Made by a program: the position numbers and the translations under genes. The notes under the pieces were generated by a model, which was not told the origin of the DNA, ran no database searches, and worked only from the letters and a program-made list of their open reading frames with translations. From assembly GCA_037127815.1 (NCBI GenBank), contig JBAXXP010000001.1, positions 16,936-80,935 of the forward strand: a DNA stretch of 64,000 nucleotides, in the 5' to 3' direction. Every line of letters starts with the position of its first letter. Within the stretch, counting starts at the first letter, position 1. Shown here piece by piece: positions 20,415 through 30,033 of the stretch. The DNA comes from a bacterium. Lineage in GTDB: Bacteria; Patescibacteriota; Minisyncoccia; Phycocordibacterales; CAIZLB01.

Positions 20415-21095
20415 TTACACAACAAACTCCCCTGTCTCACTATCCATAACAATCGCACCATCCTTCATTGAAATAACTCTTTTACCAACATGATCCACCA
20501 CTCCAGTGTTATGTGTAGTTAGGATGACGGTTGTTCCAAGATCATTGATCTTTTTAAGAATCTGAATAATCTCATAGGCGGTCTTTGGATCTAGATTTCC
20601 AGTTGGCTCATCGGCAATAATAATGTCTGGTTGATTAACAATAGCTCTTGCGATAGCCACTCTCTGCTTCTCTCCACCTGAAAGTTGGTGAGGAAAGTTA
20701 TGCATTTTATTACCAAGATCAACTAACTCTAGAACATGAGGAACATCAGCATGAATCTCTTCCTCATTTCTTCCTGCGGCTTCCATTGCAAAAGCTACGT
20801 TCTCATAGGCAGTTTTGTCGGATAATAATCTAAAATCCTGAAACACAGTTCCAACACGCCTTCTGTATTCATTCATATCAGACTTTCTTATTCCATGAAT
20901 ATCAATATTTTCAAAGGTTATAATTCCCTCTGTAGGTTTCTCCTCCGCTAAGATCATTTTAAGCAAAGTTGTCTTTCCAGCACCTGAGTGCCCCACAATT
21001 GAAACAAACTCTTTTGGTTTGATTAATAATGAAACATTATCTAACGCAAATGTATTATCAGCGTATTTTTTTGAGACTTTGTCGAGGAATAACAT
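20415..21095 (-). CDS. ftsE: Cell division ATP-binding protein FtsE
   Basis: GHSGAGKT, VFQDFRLL, LSGGEKQR, ADEPTGNLD; prfB-ftsE-ftsX synteny. Confidence 0.92.
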   Translation of the reverse strand: MLFLDKVSKKYADNTFALDNVSLLIKPKEFVSIVGHSGAGKTTLLKMILAEEKPTEGIITFENIDIHGIRKSDMNEYRRRVGTVFQDFRLLSDKTAYENVAFAMEAAGRNEEEIHADVPHVLELVDLGNKMHNFPHQLSGGEKQRVAIARAIVNQPDIIIADEPTGNLDPKTAYEIIQILKKINDLGTTVILTTHNTGVVDHVGKRVISMKDGAIVMDSETGEFVV

Positions 21096-21137
21096 ATAGA
21101 GATATTATAACCCCATATGCGGTTTTTACAAAATGCT

Positions 21138-22040
21138 TTATTCCGCAAAGAACTTTTTCTCTGCCTGTATAAAATCGTCCAGATCTCCACTTAAAACATT
21201 CTCCACCTTACTAGTCTCCTCCCCAGTCCTATGATCCTTAACCATTTTATATGGATGAAGTACATATGATCTTATCTGATTCCCCCACTCGGCATCCGTA
21301 GTCTTGCTCACATATAAACCTTTTTCTTTTGCCAGTCTTTCTTCTTCTTGATGTGCATATATTTTGGCCTTCAACATTGCAATTCCTTTTTCTCTATTCT
21401 GTAACTGCGAACGTTCAGTTGTAACATGCACAGACATTTTTGTTGGCTTATGAACAATCCTAACTGCAGTTTCCCTTTTATTTACATTCTGTCCCCCAGG
21501 ACCTCCGGCTCTTGCATAGGAGTATTCCAATTCATCTTCTGGAATTTCAATATCAACTTCCCTTTCAAATTTTGGTACAACCTCAACCATAGAAAAACTT
21601 GTATGTCTTAATTGTTTTGAATTAAACGGAGAAAGTCTAACAAGCCTATGCACTCCTGACTCATGTTTTAAAGTTCCGTAAGCGTTCTTTCCATCTATGT
21701 CAAAAGAGACATTTCTGTATCCTCCGTGATCATTTTTGTGTTCGTGAATCAAGGTCATACTCCAGCCTTTTTTTGAGATGAACTTCTGATACATTTCAAA
21801 TAGCATTCTAGAGAAATCTTCTGAATCATCCCCTCCAGCTCCTGAGAAGATTGTAATAATAGCCGAGCCTCCGTCATAAGGGCTTCCACCAAGACCGCTT
21901 GCAAGCTCTGTTTTTAGGTCCTGAAGCTCTTTTATTGTAGCCTGCGCTGTTGTTGAATCATTCCAAAAATCAACAGCGTTCATTGCTGATTCTATTTCAA
22001 TTATTCTAGCTTCTTTTTCTTTTTTGTTTAGATTATTCAT
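21138..22040 (-). CDS. prfB: Peptide chain release factor 2, shortened, no programmed frameshift
   Basis: SPF (RLSPFN), GGQ, GVHRL, WGNQIRSYVLHPY. Confidence 0.92.
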   Translation of the reverse strand: MNNLNKKEKEARIIEIESAMNAVDFWNDSTTAQATIKELQDLKTELASGLGGSPYDGGSAIITIFSGAGGDDSEDFSRMLFEMYQKFISKKGWSMTLIHEHKNDHGGYRNVSFDIDGKNAYGTLKHESGVHRLVRLSPFNSKQLRHTSFSMVEVVPKFEREVDIEIPEDELEYSYARAGGPGGQNVNKRETAVRIVHKPTKMSVHVTTERSQLQNREKGIAMLKAKIYAHQEEERLAKEKGLYVSKTTDAEWGNQIRSYVLHPYKMVKDHRTGEETSKVENVLSGDLDDFIQAEKKFFAE

Positions 22041-22192
22041 GTTTTTAGACCTGATTAAGCATATTTTCCTAACACGATTCGCATTACTCCATCTACTCCG
22101 TGACCCTTCCCTTTTATTGGTATTTTAGCATAAATTTGGGTTTTCTTTATCTTTCCCTTGGTAATTCGAAACCCCGCCAGATAAACAAAAAT

Positions 22193-22220
22193 TTGACAAG
22201 CCAAAATTATTTGATAAACT
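22193..22220 (+). promoter_or_regulatory. Sigma70 promoter antisense to PemK copy 1
   Basis: TTGACA 22193-22198, 16 nt, TGn-TAAACT 22215-22220. Confidence 0.75.
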
Positions 22221-22224
22221 AAAA

Positions 22225-22285
22225 GTACAAATGGGGTATCCCAACCGCCCGAGCCTTAAAACCGCTCGGGCTTAAGGTTTGATTT
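22225..22285 (+). ncRNA. Putative antisense small RNA, copy 1 (3' end unknown)
   Basis: GTACAAAT, small hairpin TGGG-GTAT-CCCA, hairpin GCCCGAGC-CTTAAAACC-GCTCGGGC; same layout at 54644 and 56282. Confidence 0.5.
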
Positions 22286-22675
22286 TATTTTAATCAGATC
22301 TTTTATAGACCTCTGTATCATTGCGAAATCTTTGTCTGACAAATATCCGATATGAGTGTCTAGCCTTTTTGTATCCAAAACCCTAAGTTGAGAGATTATA
22401 ACAGACTGCTCAGTATTTTTCAGTAAGACCTTCACATAATAGATATTGTCTTTATTTTTAGTACTCATTGGTATTCCCCAAAAAATGTTATTATTGAATT
22501 TTTTGAATACCAAAACAGGCCTTCGAAATATATACCCTTTTCCGTTTTCTTCATCCCCAACATTCTCCCCCAGTGCGCACCATCGAACCTCACCTTCTTT
22601 AATATAGATTCCCTTCCTTTCTTTTTTATCCAAATTAATTTTCACATATATCCAATCAATAAATATTTTTAGCAT
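22256..22675 (-). CDS. PemK/MazF-family endoribonuclease toxin, no adjacent protein antitoxin
   Basis: GEVRWCALGENVGDEENGK...RPVLV, IPMST, SQLRVLDTKRL. Confidence 0.85.
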   Translation of the reverse strand: MLKIFIDWIYVKINLDKKERKGIYIKEGEVRWCALGENVGDEENGKGYIFRRPVLVFKKFNNNIFWGIPMSTKNKDNIYYVKVLLKNTEQSVIISQLRVLDTKRLDTHIGYLSDKDFAMIQRSIKDLIKIKSNLKPERF

Positions 22676-22759
22676 TTAGAAATGTTATCAAAATGCAAGT
22701 GTGATTTTCATTAACAAATTATAAAGAAATTCCAAATTTTTTATAAACATACGTGAAAT

Positions 22760-22835
22760 TGGAGCCAATGGACGGGATCGAACCGTCGGCCTGCACGTTA
22801 CGAATGTGCCGCTCTACCAACTGAGCTACATCGGC
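22760..22835 (-). tRNA. tRNA-Thr(CGT)
   Basis: GCCGATG/CATTGGC acceptor, loop TTCGTAA, CCA encoded. Confidence 0.93.
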
Positions 22836-22900
22836 TTAAATAAGTCACTCACTATCTCACTTTTCCACACAGCATATTAACACTCACATACAATACTACT

Positions 22901-23761
22901 CTATCCCTTTTTTACCAGTTTTGAAAACAGGTCCATTATTACCTTAGTATTTTTGCCGACAACTCCATCACCAACCTTATCTTTATCAACCATAACAATT
23001 GGAACGATATCTTTATAAGAGGAGGTTAGAAAAATTTCATCTGCCTTCTTCATCTCTTCTATTGTGACGTCTCTTTCCTCAATCTTAAAATGCTTTTTTG
23101 CAATATCAAGCACGGCCATTCTGGTTATACCGAATAGAACATTATCTTTTGGAGTAACAAGTGTATCACCGAAGAACATAAAAATATTACTTGTTGAACA
23201 CTCAAGAATTTTTCCCTTATCGGTGAATAGTATCTCTATTGCTTTTTCTTTCTTACGCTTAACCTGTAAACTAACTGTGGTTATGTAATGAGTACTTTTT
23301 ACATCAGGCATAAAACGTTGATGTTCTTCTACAATAATCTTTCCACCTTTTATATATAAGTCTTCAGGAAGTGGAGTCCATTTTTCTGCTATTACAAAAA
23401 AAGTAGGTGTGTTTACATTGAATTCTATTCCCCTAATTGCGTCACCCCCTGTTAAAATCATTTTTAAATTAGTTCTTTCAAACCCATTCTTTTTTATAAG
23501 CGTCTTTAGAATTTGCTCTATCTCAACATCTGTAGATGGTATTTGTAGTCCGAGTTTTTTTGCAGATCTTTTAAATCTAGCCAAATGTTGTTTAAGGTAA
23601 AAAGGTTTATCGCCGTAAGCTGTAATTCCTTCATATATTGCATACCCTCTCAAAAGTCCAATATCGTAACAACTCACGTAAAGTTTATCAGCTCTCTCTA
23701 TCTTTCCATTTATATAGCAATAAGGCTTAATGCTTGGCTTACCCGTTTTTTCTGATGTCAT
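22901..23761 (-). CDS. Class IV PLP aminotransferase (D-amino acid/branched-chain type)
   Basis: D.GLLRGYAIYEG, HLARF..SA, KS..Y, ECSTSNIF, L.GITR, ADEIFLTSS. Confidence 0.9.
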   Translation of the reverse strand: MTSEKTGKPSIKPYCYINGKIERADKLYVSCYDIGLLRGYAIYEGITAYGDKPFYLKQHLARFKRSAKKLGLQIPSTDVEIEQILKTLIKKNGFERTNLKMILTGGDAIRGIEFNVNTPTFFVIAEKWTPLPEDLYIKGGKIIVEEHQRFMPDVKSTHYITTVSLQVKRKKEKAIEILFTDKGKILECSTSNIFMFFGDTLVTPKDNVLFGITRMAVLDIAKKHFKIEERDVTIEEMKKADEIFLTSSYKDIVPIVMVDKDKVGDGVVGKNTKVIMDLFSKLVKKG

Positions 23762-23855
23762 AAGTTAAATATACCAAATATGGTCTAGGGTTACAAACTA
23801 TATACGAGTTCTTAGATACATTTAACATAACAGGACACAGGTTCAATACTAATTG

Positions 23856-23927
23856 AGCCGACAGTGAGAATCGAACTCACGATCTCTTCCTTACCAAGGA
23901 AGTGCTTTACCACTAAGCTATAACGGC
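23856..23927 (-). tRNA. tRNA-Thr(GGT)
   Basis: Loop TTGGTAA, T-loop TTCGATT, one U-U mismatch in acceptor, no encoded CCA. Confidence 0.88.
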
Positions 23928-23978
23928 TTTGATACCAAATGAGTAACAACCAGAACCCCGATGGACTCTGACTATACC

Positions 23979-24692
23979 CTACTCATCAATCTCCTGCTCC
24001 TCTTCAGTCTCAATATGATGATTACTTGGAATAATATCATCATCGTCAGAAAATGCACGGTCGAGCCATGCGTGCATGATATTCGAGCTTGCTGGCACAA
24101 GATTGAATAGAATTGCTAAAATAAAGAGTACTTTGGCCACCAGGGGACTCCAGAAACAGACGATGATTGCAAGAATAGCTGTTGCAACAGGAAACAGAAT
24201 TCTAATATAACCACTTCTTCTATCGATTTTTGTTATATCAACAGTGTCGATTTCCGGATCCTTTTCAATATGCCTCCTCATTAAATATAAGCTCAATCCT
24301 ATCAAAATAACATTTATCGCATAAACAATTACAGCTATTTTACTATCTGGATATCTTCCAAGTAAGGTTGTTGAAAAAGGGACTAGGATAATTAATAGGA
24401 AAAATAATGCGTTATAACATGCAAGGTATACGGTTAGAGTTTTGGCGTAAACAGAAGATATATAGTGGTGAGCACGCCAGTATGTAAACAAAAGAGAGAA
24501 TGACATTATGAAACTTAGAAAGATTGGAAGTAATTCTTTTAGAGAAGTAAGCAGAAGTTGTTCAGATGCTCCATCTGCTAAAATTGGGACCTTAATTTCA
24601 AAAGCCAGAAGCGTCATAACAATTGCAAATATACCATCTGCAAGCCCATCTAATCTCTGACGTCGCATATGAATTGGTCTCTTTGTAATCAT
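23979..24692 (-). CDS. TMEM175 family (DUF1211) potassium channel
   Basis: RLDGLADGIFAIVMTLL, SF....YWRAHH, PFST. Confidence 0.88.
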   Translation of the reverse strand: MITKRPIHMRRQRLDGLADGIFAIVMTLLAFEIKVPILADGASEQLLLTSLKELLPIFLSFIMSFSLLFTYWRAHHYISSVYAKTLTVYLACYNALFFLLIILVPFSTTLLGRYPDSKIAVIVYAINVILIGLSLYLMRRHIEKDPEIDTVDITKIDRRSGYIRILFPVATAILAIIVCFWSPLVAKVLFILAILFNLVPASSNIMHAWLDRAFSDDDDIIPSNHHIETEEEQEIDE

Positions 24693-24711
24693 GTAATTAT
24701 TTTAGCATGAC

Positions 24712-24745
24712 TTTGGGGTCAGGCACCAGCGTGCCTGACCCCAAA
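24712..24745. repeat. Short palindromic repeat (REP-like)
   Basis: TTTGGGGTCAGGCAC-CAGC-GTGCCTGACCCCAAA. Confidence 0.9.
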
Positions 24746-24816
24746 TTAAAAATAGCGCAGCCCAATTCTAGGTCACACTATTTTTATGAAGCAAATAATT
24801 TGTTCAACCCTTCCCC

Positions 24817-25563
24817 CTAGTCTCTTTGTCTCTCCATGTAAACAGATATTGTTCTTCTTTTGTAAGCTTTACCGTCTCTTATATGTTTATAAGATTTAAT
24901 CATCTTATGAATTTTAAAATATGGTGAAAACAATTCTATAATTTCATCATCTGTCCAGACGTGCTCATAAACATCAATTCTAGGATGTATATATGAATTC
25001 AACTCCCCCGCTGGATTTTCCTTAATCAATCTTATTGCATGAGCGTCGGCGTCAAGCACAAATGTTTTTAGAAACGCCCAACCATACGGCTTAACAACTC
25101 TTGCAATTTCTTTAACATAATTTTTACGCTCTTCATCTCTAAGAAAATGACTTGTCATCATGTCTAGGAACATATCAACAGTTCCGTCCTCTGTAGGTAT
25201 TGGATCTGATAGGTCCTGAACATAAAATAGAATTCTTTCTGCTTTAGGGATTTTTGCATCTGGATTCACTTTTGTAACACCCTTCTCTTTTGCCATATCC
25301 TTTGCTTGTGAAATAGCAGTTCCAGAAATATCTATTCCAATACCCCTCATGTTATATTCAGCACAAAGTGGGACGAGATTTCTACCATTTCCGCACCCCG
25401 CATCAACAATTAATCCATTCTTTGGAAAAGGAGGCCACTCTGAGTTTCTGGTCACCCATTTTTCAAAAGTAATTAAATCAGAAGAAGGCTCAGTGGACAT
25501 TGCTAAATGCTCCCCTGTTTTATATTCCTTATTCCAAAACGCTGCTGAATTTTTTTTAGTCAT
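24817..25563 (-). CDS. Class I SAM-dependent methyltransferase
   Basis: DAGCGNGRN, GIDIS, EIARVVKPYG. Confidence 0.85.
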   Translation of the reverse strand: MTKKNSAAFWNKEYKTGEHLAMSTEPSSDLITFEKWVTRNSEWPPFPKNGLIVDAGCGNGRNLVPLCAEYNMRGIGIDISGTAISQAKDMAKEKGVTKVNPDAKIPKAERILFYVQDLSDPIPTEDGTVDMFLDMMTSHFLRDEERKNYVKEIARVVKPYGWAFLKTFVLDADAHAIRLIKENPAGELNSYIHPRIDVYEHVWTDDEIIELFSPYFKIHKMIKSYKHIRDGKAYKRRTISVYMERQRD

Positions 25564-25574
25564 GATATTTGTTT

Positions 25575-25620
25575 GTTTGATTTGGGGTCAGGCACCACGG
25601 TGCCTGACCCCAAATCAAAC
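25575..25620. repeat. Short palindromic repeat (REP-like) with extended arms
   Basis: GTTTGA-TTTGGGGTCAGGCACC-AC-GGTGCCTGACCCCAAA-TCAAAC. Confidence 0.9.
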
Positions 25621-27089
25621 TATGAGAACAAAGCATAGATTGTAGCCAAAGCTGTAACACCCATAAACACTACCGTAACCCACCCAACAACATTAGTCAA
25701 TTTTTTATTTCTATTTTCACCCATCACATCCTTTCTAGAGCTTAATCTAACGATAAAATACAATATTACAGGGGCAACAATACCATTAAGAACGGCAGAG
25801 TAGATTAATGCCTTTATAGGGTCTAAACCAATAAAGTTAAGCCCAATACCCACTATTACAGCAAGTGATATAACTCCATAAAAAGCCCTAGCCTCTTTTA
25901 GCTTCCTATTCAAACCAAACTTCCATCCAAAACTCTCAGATACAGCATATGCTGCTGAGCCTGCAAGAACTGGCACAGCAAGTAGTCCAACACCAATGAT
26001 ACCTATCGTAAACAGCAAATAAGCAAAATCTCCAGCAAAAGGACGAAGTGCAGCAGCAGCATCAGCAGCAGTGCCAATATTCGTTACACCATGTGAAAAT
26101 AGAGTTGCAGAACAAACTGCGATAATAAAAAACATCGCAGCATTTGAAATAAACATTCCCATCCAAATATCTACTCTCATTTTTTTAATATCCTCTGGAG
26201 TAGAAATTGTCATCAATGGTTCCGTCACAACTGATACAAAAGAAGGGTCAGTTAAAGGAACGGTCTCTAAGGTTTGAACATTCTGATTATTTTGTAAATC
26301 TAAAATTCTTTGAGCAAGTTGTTTTTCTTCTATCTCCTGAGAAGTCTGCCAGAAGAATAGATATGGAGAAATTGTTGTTCCTAATATTCCACAAACCAAA
26401 AGTATTTGATCTTTTGTAAAATCAAAATGTGGAACAACAGTATAATATAATACCGCTGACCAATCTATTTGAACAAAGAATGCCGTAATAACATATGAAA
26501 GTAGCACAAGCGCTAAATATTTTAAATACCTAGCATACTTTCCATAGCTCATAAATATTTGCATCAATAGACCACTCACACCAAAGAAAATAACAGTTGG
26601 ACCAAAAGGAAAATAAGGAAAAATTAATTGAAGCGCCTTAGTCATTGCACCAAAGTCTGCACCAATATTGAAAATATTTGCAGCAAGCAATAGAAATGTA
26701 CAAATATAAATAGCAGTTCTTGAATGATACTGTCTTATGTTTGCAGCAAGGCCTTGCCCTGTAATCATACCAATTCTAGCGCACATCTCTTGAACTGTTG
26801 CCATTAAAGGAAAGGTAAAAAGAGAAAGCCAAATTAATTTGAAACTATACTGAGCGCCGGTTTGAGAATATGTAGCAATTCCTGATGGATCATCATCAGA
26901 AGCACCCGTAGTTAGTCCTGGGCCAAGCATACGCCAAAAGTTTTTTGCTTTCTTTTCAACCACAACAGCTTCATGGCCTGCAGCTCTTACCCCCTCTCCT
27001 GCTACATGAATAGTTTTTCCAATTACATGACCAGTTGCATGTAAGGCATCTTTCATTCTATGTACATCATTTTGTTCATCATTATTCAC
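25620..27089 (-). CDS. NRAMP-family divalent metal transporter
   Basis: LGPGLTTGASDDDPSGIATYSQTGA, QEMCARIG, GTTISPYLFFWQ; start placed at GTG 6 nt after TATAAT. Confidence 0.88.
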   Translation of the reverse strand: MNNDEQNDVHRMKDALHATGHVIGKTIHVAGEGVRAAGHEAVVVEKKAKNFWRMLGPGLTTGASDDDPSGIATYSQTGAQYSFKLIWLSLFTFPLMATVQEMCARIGMITGQGLAANIRQYHSRTAIYICTFLLLAANIFNIGADFGAMTKALQLIFPYFPFGPTVIFFGVSGLLMQIFMSYGKYARYLKYLALVLLSYVITAFFVQIDWSAVLYYTVVPHFDFTKDQILLVCGILGTTISPYLFFWQTSQEIEEKQLAQRILDLQNNQNVQTLETVPLTDPSFVSVVTEPLMTISTPEDIKKMRVDIWMGMFISNAAMFFIIAVCSATLFSHGVTNIGTAADAAAALRPFAGDFAYLLFTIGIIGVGLLAVPVLAGSAAYAVSESFGWKFGLNRKLKEARAFYGVISLAVIVGIGLNFIGLDPIKALIYSAVLNGIVAPVILYFIVRLSSRKDVMGENRNKKLTNVVGWVTVVFMGVTALATIYALFS

Positions 27090-27239
27090 AACAATATTAT
27101 ACACTATTAGATATTTTTTGAACAAGCAGTTATAATACATATGTAGCCTAAAATGAAATTTTTCTGAATATTAGACGTAATAATCATTATGAAGGCTAAA
27201 GGTGACAGCTTTCTGTTTTAACTAAACATAAATATAAAT

Positions 27240-28133
27240 ATGAATATAAAAAAAATATCATTAGTAACGTCTAGCCTTGCATTAGTTGCAAGTATGATGA
27301 TAGCCTCTTCATCTTCTGCAGACAGCATTACTAATACTAGACCCCAAGGAATGACGGGTCGAGGCGTGGCGCCTTATGGCGTAAACAAAAACGCAGTAAG
27401 ACCTGTAGCTATGGGGGCAGTTACATCCATTAATGGATCAACAATTACAATCGCAGGACGTCAGGTATCATTTAGTGAAAGAAGTAGCTCATCAACTCCA
27501 TCGTCAGCAGTAGTAACCTATACTGTTGATGCAACAAACGCTGTTGTAACTAAAGGAAACGCTTCAAGCACAGTTTCAAGTATTGTAGTTGGAGATAACA
27601 TTGTTGTTATGGGTACCGTAAGTGGAACAAACATTGTTGCCACAACAATTTTTAATAGTGTAAGAGGTCCGGCAAATGGACAAGGTAAAGAGCTGCAAAA
27701 CAGCGGTCAAGATAGTAGACAAAACGGTGGACAAAAAACTGGAAATAGAAATCCAAGAAACGGAACCTCAACGCAACCAGGAATTATTGGTAATGGGCAG
27801 CCGGTTGTGGCGGGAAAAATTGTCACTATAAATTCAAACTCTATCACAATTACAACCTCTGGTAATCTTACATATACAATCGATGTAGCAAACGCAAAAA
27901 TTACACTAGGGCAGGCCATCAGTGATATATCAAAACTAACTATTGGAGATATGGTTGTTGTTCAGGGTACAATAAACGGATCATCTGTTACAGCTTCAAC
28001 AATAATGGATAGAGGAAATTCTAATGGGCCATCCGGAACAGCAACAGGCTCTGCAAACACAAATCCTACTAATGGTGTAAAGGGATTTTTTGGTGGAGTA
28101 GGACAATTCTTCATGCACATGTTTGGATTCTAA
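27240..28133 (+). CDS. Secreted protein with two DUF5666-like domains
   Basis: Signal peptide; repeated G.VTSINGSTITI...TYTVD...VGD.VVV.GT units. Confidence 0.7.
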   Translation: MNIKKISLVTSSLALVASMMIASSSSADSITNTRPQGMTGRGVAPYGVNKNAVRPVAMGAVTSINGSTITIAGRQVSFSERSSSSTPSSAVVTYTVDATNAVVTKGNASSTVSSIVVGDNIVVMGTVSGTNIVATTIFNSVRGPANGQGKELQNSGQDSRQNGGQKTGNRNPRNGTSTQPGIIGNGQPVVAGKIVTINSNSITITTSGNLTYTIDVANAKITLGQAISDISKLTIGDMVVVQGTINGSSVTASTIMDRGNSNGPSGTATGSANTNPTNGVKGFFGGVGQFFMHMFGF

Positions 28134-28155
28134 TCTAAATTTTTATCGATTAAAT

Positions 28156-28187
28156 AAAAAAGGACCGCATTCTGCGGTCCTTTTTTT
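28156..28187. terminator. Bidirectional terminator
   Basis: AAAAAAGGACCGCA-TTC-TGCGGTCCTTTTTTT between convergent genes. Confidence 0.85.
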
Positions 28188-28800
28188 AATTCTTATTCCT
28201 ATTTACCCACCAAGCATCATCCTTATCACCAAACCACCAATGATCAGATTCTATATTTAATATTTTCTCTGCCAAGTCTTTTGCTTCATCCGTCTTTAGT
28301 CTACTTATTGTAGATTTAACCCAAGTCCTTGCTCTCTCATTACCAATATCAATTTGCTCTTTTAGTGAAATTAAAAATTCTAGATTATCTGCATCTTTTG
28401 CAAGCTGTGATTCATATGTAGTTCTTTCATGATATTCATGCAACAACTCCCCTATTTTATTTCCAAACGGCAATGAATCAACCAAATCTTTTTCAGCCTT
28501 CTCCTCTAGTCTTTCTGTATATTTTTGATGAACATAATTTAAATCAGAAATTCTAGATTCTGTTATGTCGTGGAATTGACACATTTGAACGATTCTTCCA
28601 ACATCAACTTTTCCATTTATGTGACCTAGGCAAAATCCAATATAAACAACTCTGTTAATATGTTCAGCAACACTTTGTTGTCCGCTGCCCAAAAACGCAG
28701 ACCAACTACGAGGTGTTTTTGCTAAGATTCCAACTTCATATAAGAAGTCTACTACGGGGTCCACTGAATTCTCTGGAATGTTAGTTATGATGTTTTTCAT
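28186..28800 (-). CDS. HD-domain hydrolase (5'-deoxynucleotidase-like)
   Basis: TPRSW, QSVAEH, FHDITESRISD, KDADNLE. Confidence 0.82.
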   Translation of the reverse strand: MKNIITNIPENSVDPVVDFLYEVGILAKTPRSWSAFLGSGQQSVAEHINRVVYIGFCLGHINGKVDVGRIVQMCQFHDITESRISDLNYVHQKYTERLEEKAEKDLVDSLPFGNKIGELLHEYHERTTYESQLAKDADNLEFLISLKEQIDIGNERARTWVKSTISRLKTDEAKDLAEKILNIESDHWWFGDKDDAWWVNRNKN

Positions 28801-28910
28801 ATAATTAGATACTAGCATATCTGAGCCAAATTTGTGTACTGCTCCAAATTTTTAACTTCTATATTACGCTCCTAACACAGCCCTCATGTTCCAGAATTTT
28901 AGCAGAAATA

Positions 28911-28947
28911 AAAAACCTCTGGGTCACATATAATGTGCCCCAGAGGG
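28911..28947 (-). terminator. Terminator after the lipoprotein pair
   Basis: Plus strand AAAAACCTCTGGG-T-CACAT-ATA-ATGTG-C-CCCAGAGG. Confidence 0.7.
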
Positions 28948-28983
28948 TGTTTGAGAATAGAATCATATTGTAATGATTGGTAA

Positions 28984-29283
28984 TCACCAGCCAAACGGGT
29001 TAGCGTATGGATTGTAGTATGGTTCCACGTAGTGTCCACGGTAGTAGCCACGGCGGCCATAGCCACCGTACGGAACAGTCGGACGGTTCATGGAATTGTT
29101 GAGGACAGCACCCCCTACCGCAGCAGCAGCAACACCCAATGCGGCCATTCCGACAGCATTGCCCATCTTGGCATTAGCTTCAGTTTGGCGAGCGCGCTGT
29201 TCGGGAGTACCACTTGGCATGGCGCAGTTTGTGAAAACAAGCGACACCATCGTAACGACAACAGTCAACAGTTTAGTTTTCAT
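28984..29283 (-). CDS. Small putative lipoprotein with Gly/Ala hydrophobic segment and Tyr/Gly-rich tail
   Basis: MKTK-hydrophobic-FTNC lipobox-like signal. Confidence 0.6.
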   Translation of the reverse strand: MKTKLLTVVVTMVSLVFTNCAMPSGTPEQRARQTEANAKMGNAVGMAALGVAAAAVGGAVLNNSMNRPTVPYGGYGRRGYYRGHYVEPYYNPYANPFGW

Positions 29284-29377
29284 TTGTTCTGATTCTGGTT
29301 TTGGTTTTCTGACATCAGGAAAGGAGTATTCCTCCGGTCCTCACTAATGCTATTCCTATCATATTTTTTGTCAATGA

Positions 29378-29791
29378 TCATCTATTGTTATGACCGTGTC
29401 CACCTTGGTGTTGATTGCCCCCAAAGTTTTGGTGCTGACCATATCCACCTCCTCTTCCTGGCGTGTTGTATACACCACGGTTGTAACTACCGTTGTAACC
29501 ACTATATCCATGATTACCGCCAACACTGTGACCGTAACCACTTGTATATCCACGATCTCCATAACTTGATCCGTAGTTATGGTTATCGTAACGATTATAG
29601 TATCCACCTCCGCGATAATAATTACGATATGGTTCGTACCCATAATACTGGGGACTTTCCACAATCACCTCCTCGACATACCCAGGTGTGTATGCTTGAC
29701 TGCTATAATCAATCATCGGCACACAACTCGTCAAAAGAAATGCTGGTGGAGCAAGGACAAGTAATGCTGTAAGAAACAATTTTGCATTCAT
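29378..29791 (-). CDS. Putative lipoprotein, Gly/Tyr/Asn/His-rich low complexity
   Basis: LTSC lipobox; GYSGYNGSYN-type composition. Confidence 0.6.
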   Translation of the reverse strand: MNAKLFLTALLVLAPPAFLLTSCVPMIDYSSQAYTPGYVEEVIVESPQYYGYEPYRNYYRGGGYYNRYDNHNYGSSYGDRGYTSGYGHSVGGNHGYSGYNGSYNRGVYNTPGRGGGYGQHQNFGGNQHQGGHGHNNR

Positions 29792-29916
29792 ATTCTTTGT
29801 GATTCTAGGGTTCTGTATTTTAGTTCAGGGTTCTGATGCAAGGAATCGATAACATCTTCACATCTGTCTTAATGCTATTCTTCTCGTGATTTTTGTCAAT
29901 GCAGAAAAATAATCAC

Positions 29917-29949
29917 AAAAAAAAGAGCCCTATTGCTAGGACTCTTTTT
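29917..29949 (-). terminator. Terminator after tRNA-Asp
   Basis: A-tract then AAGAGCCCTA-TTGC-TAGGACTCTT. Confidence 0.7.
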
Positions 29950-29961
29950 ATTGTTTCTTTG

Positions 29962-30033
29962 CGCGGCTGATGGGTGCTGACCCCACGGCCTCTCCCGTGA
30001 CAGGGGAGTGCTCTACCGTTGAGCTACAGCCGC
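29962..30033 (-). tRNA. tRNA-Asp(GTC) with atypical T-loop
   Basis: GCGGCTG/CAGCCGC acceptor, G73, CTCCC-CTGTCAC-GGGAG, T-loop GTCAGCA. Confidence 0.85.
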
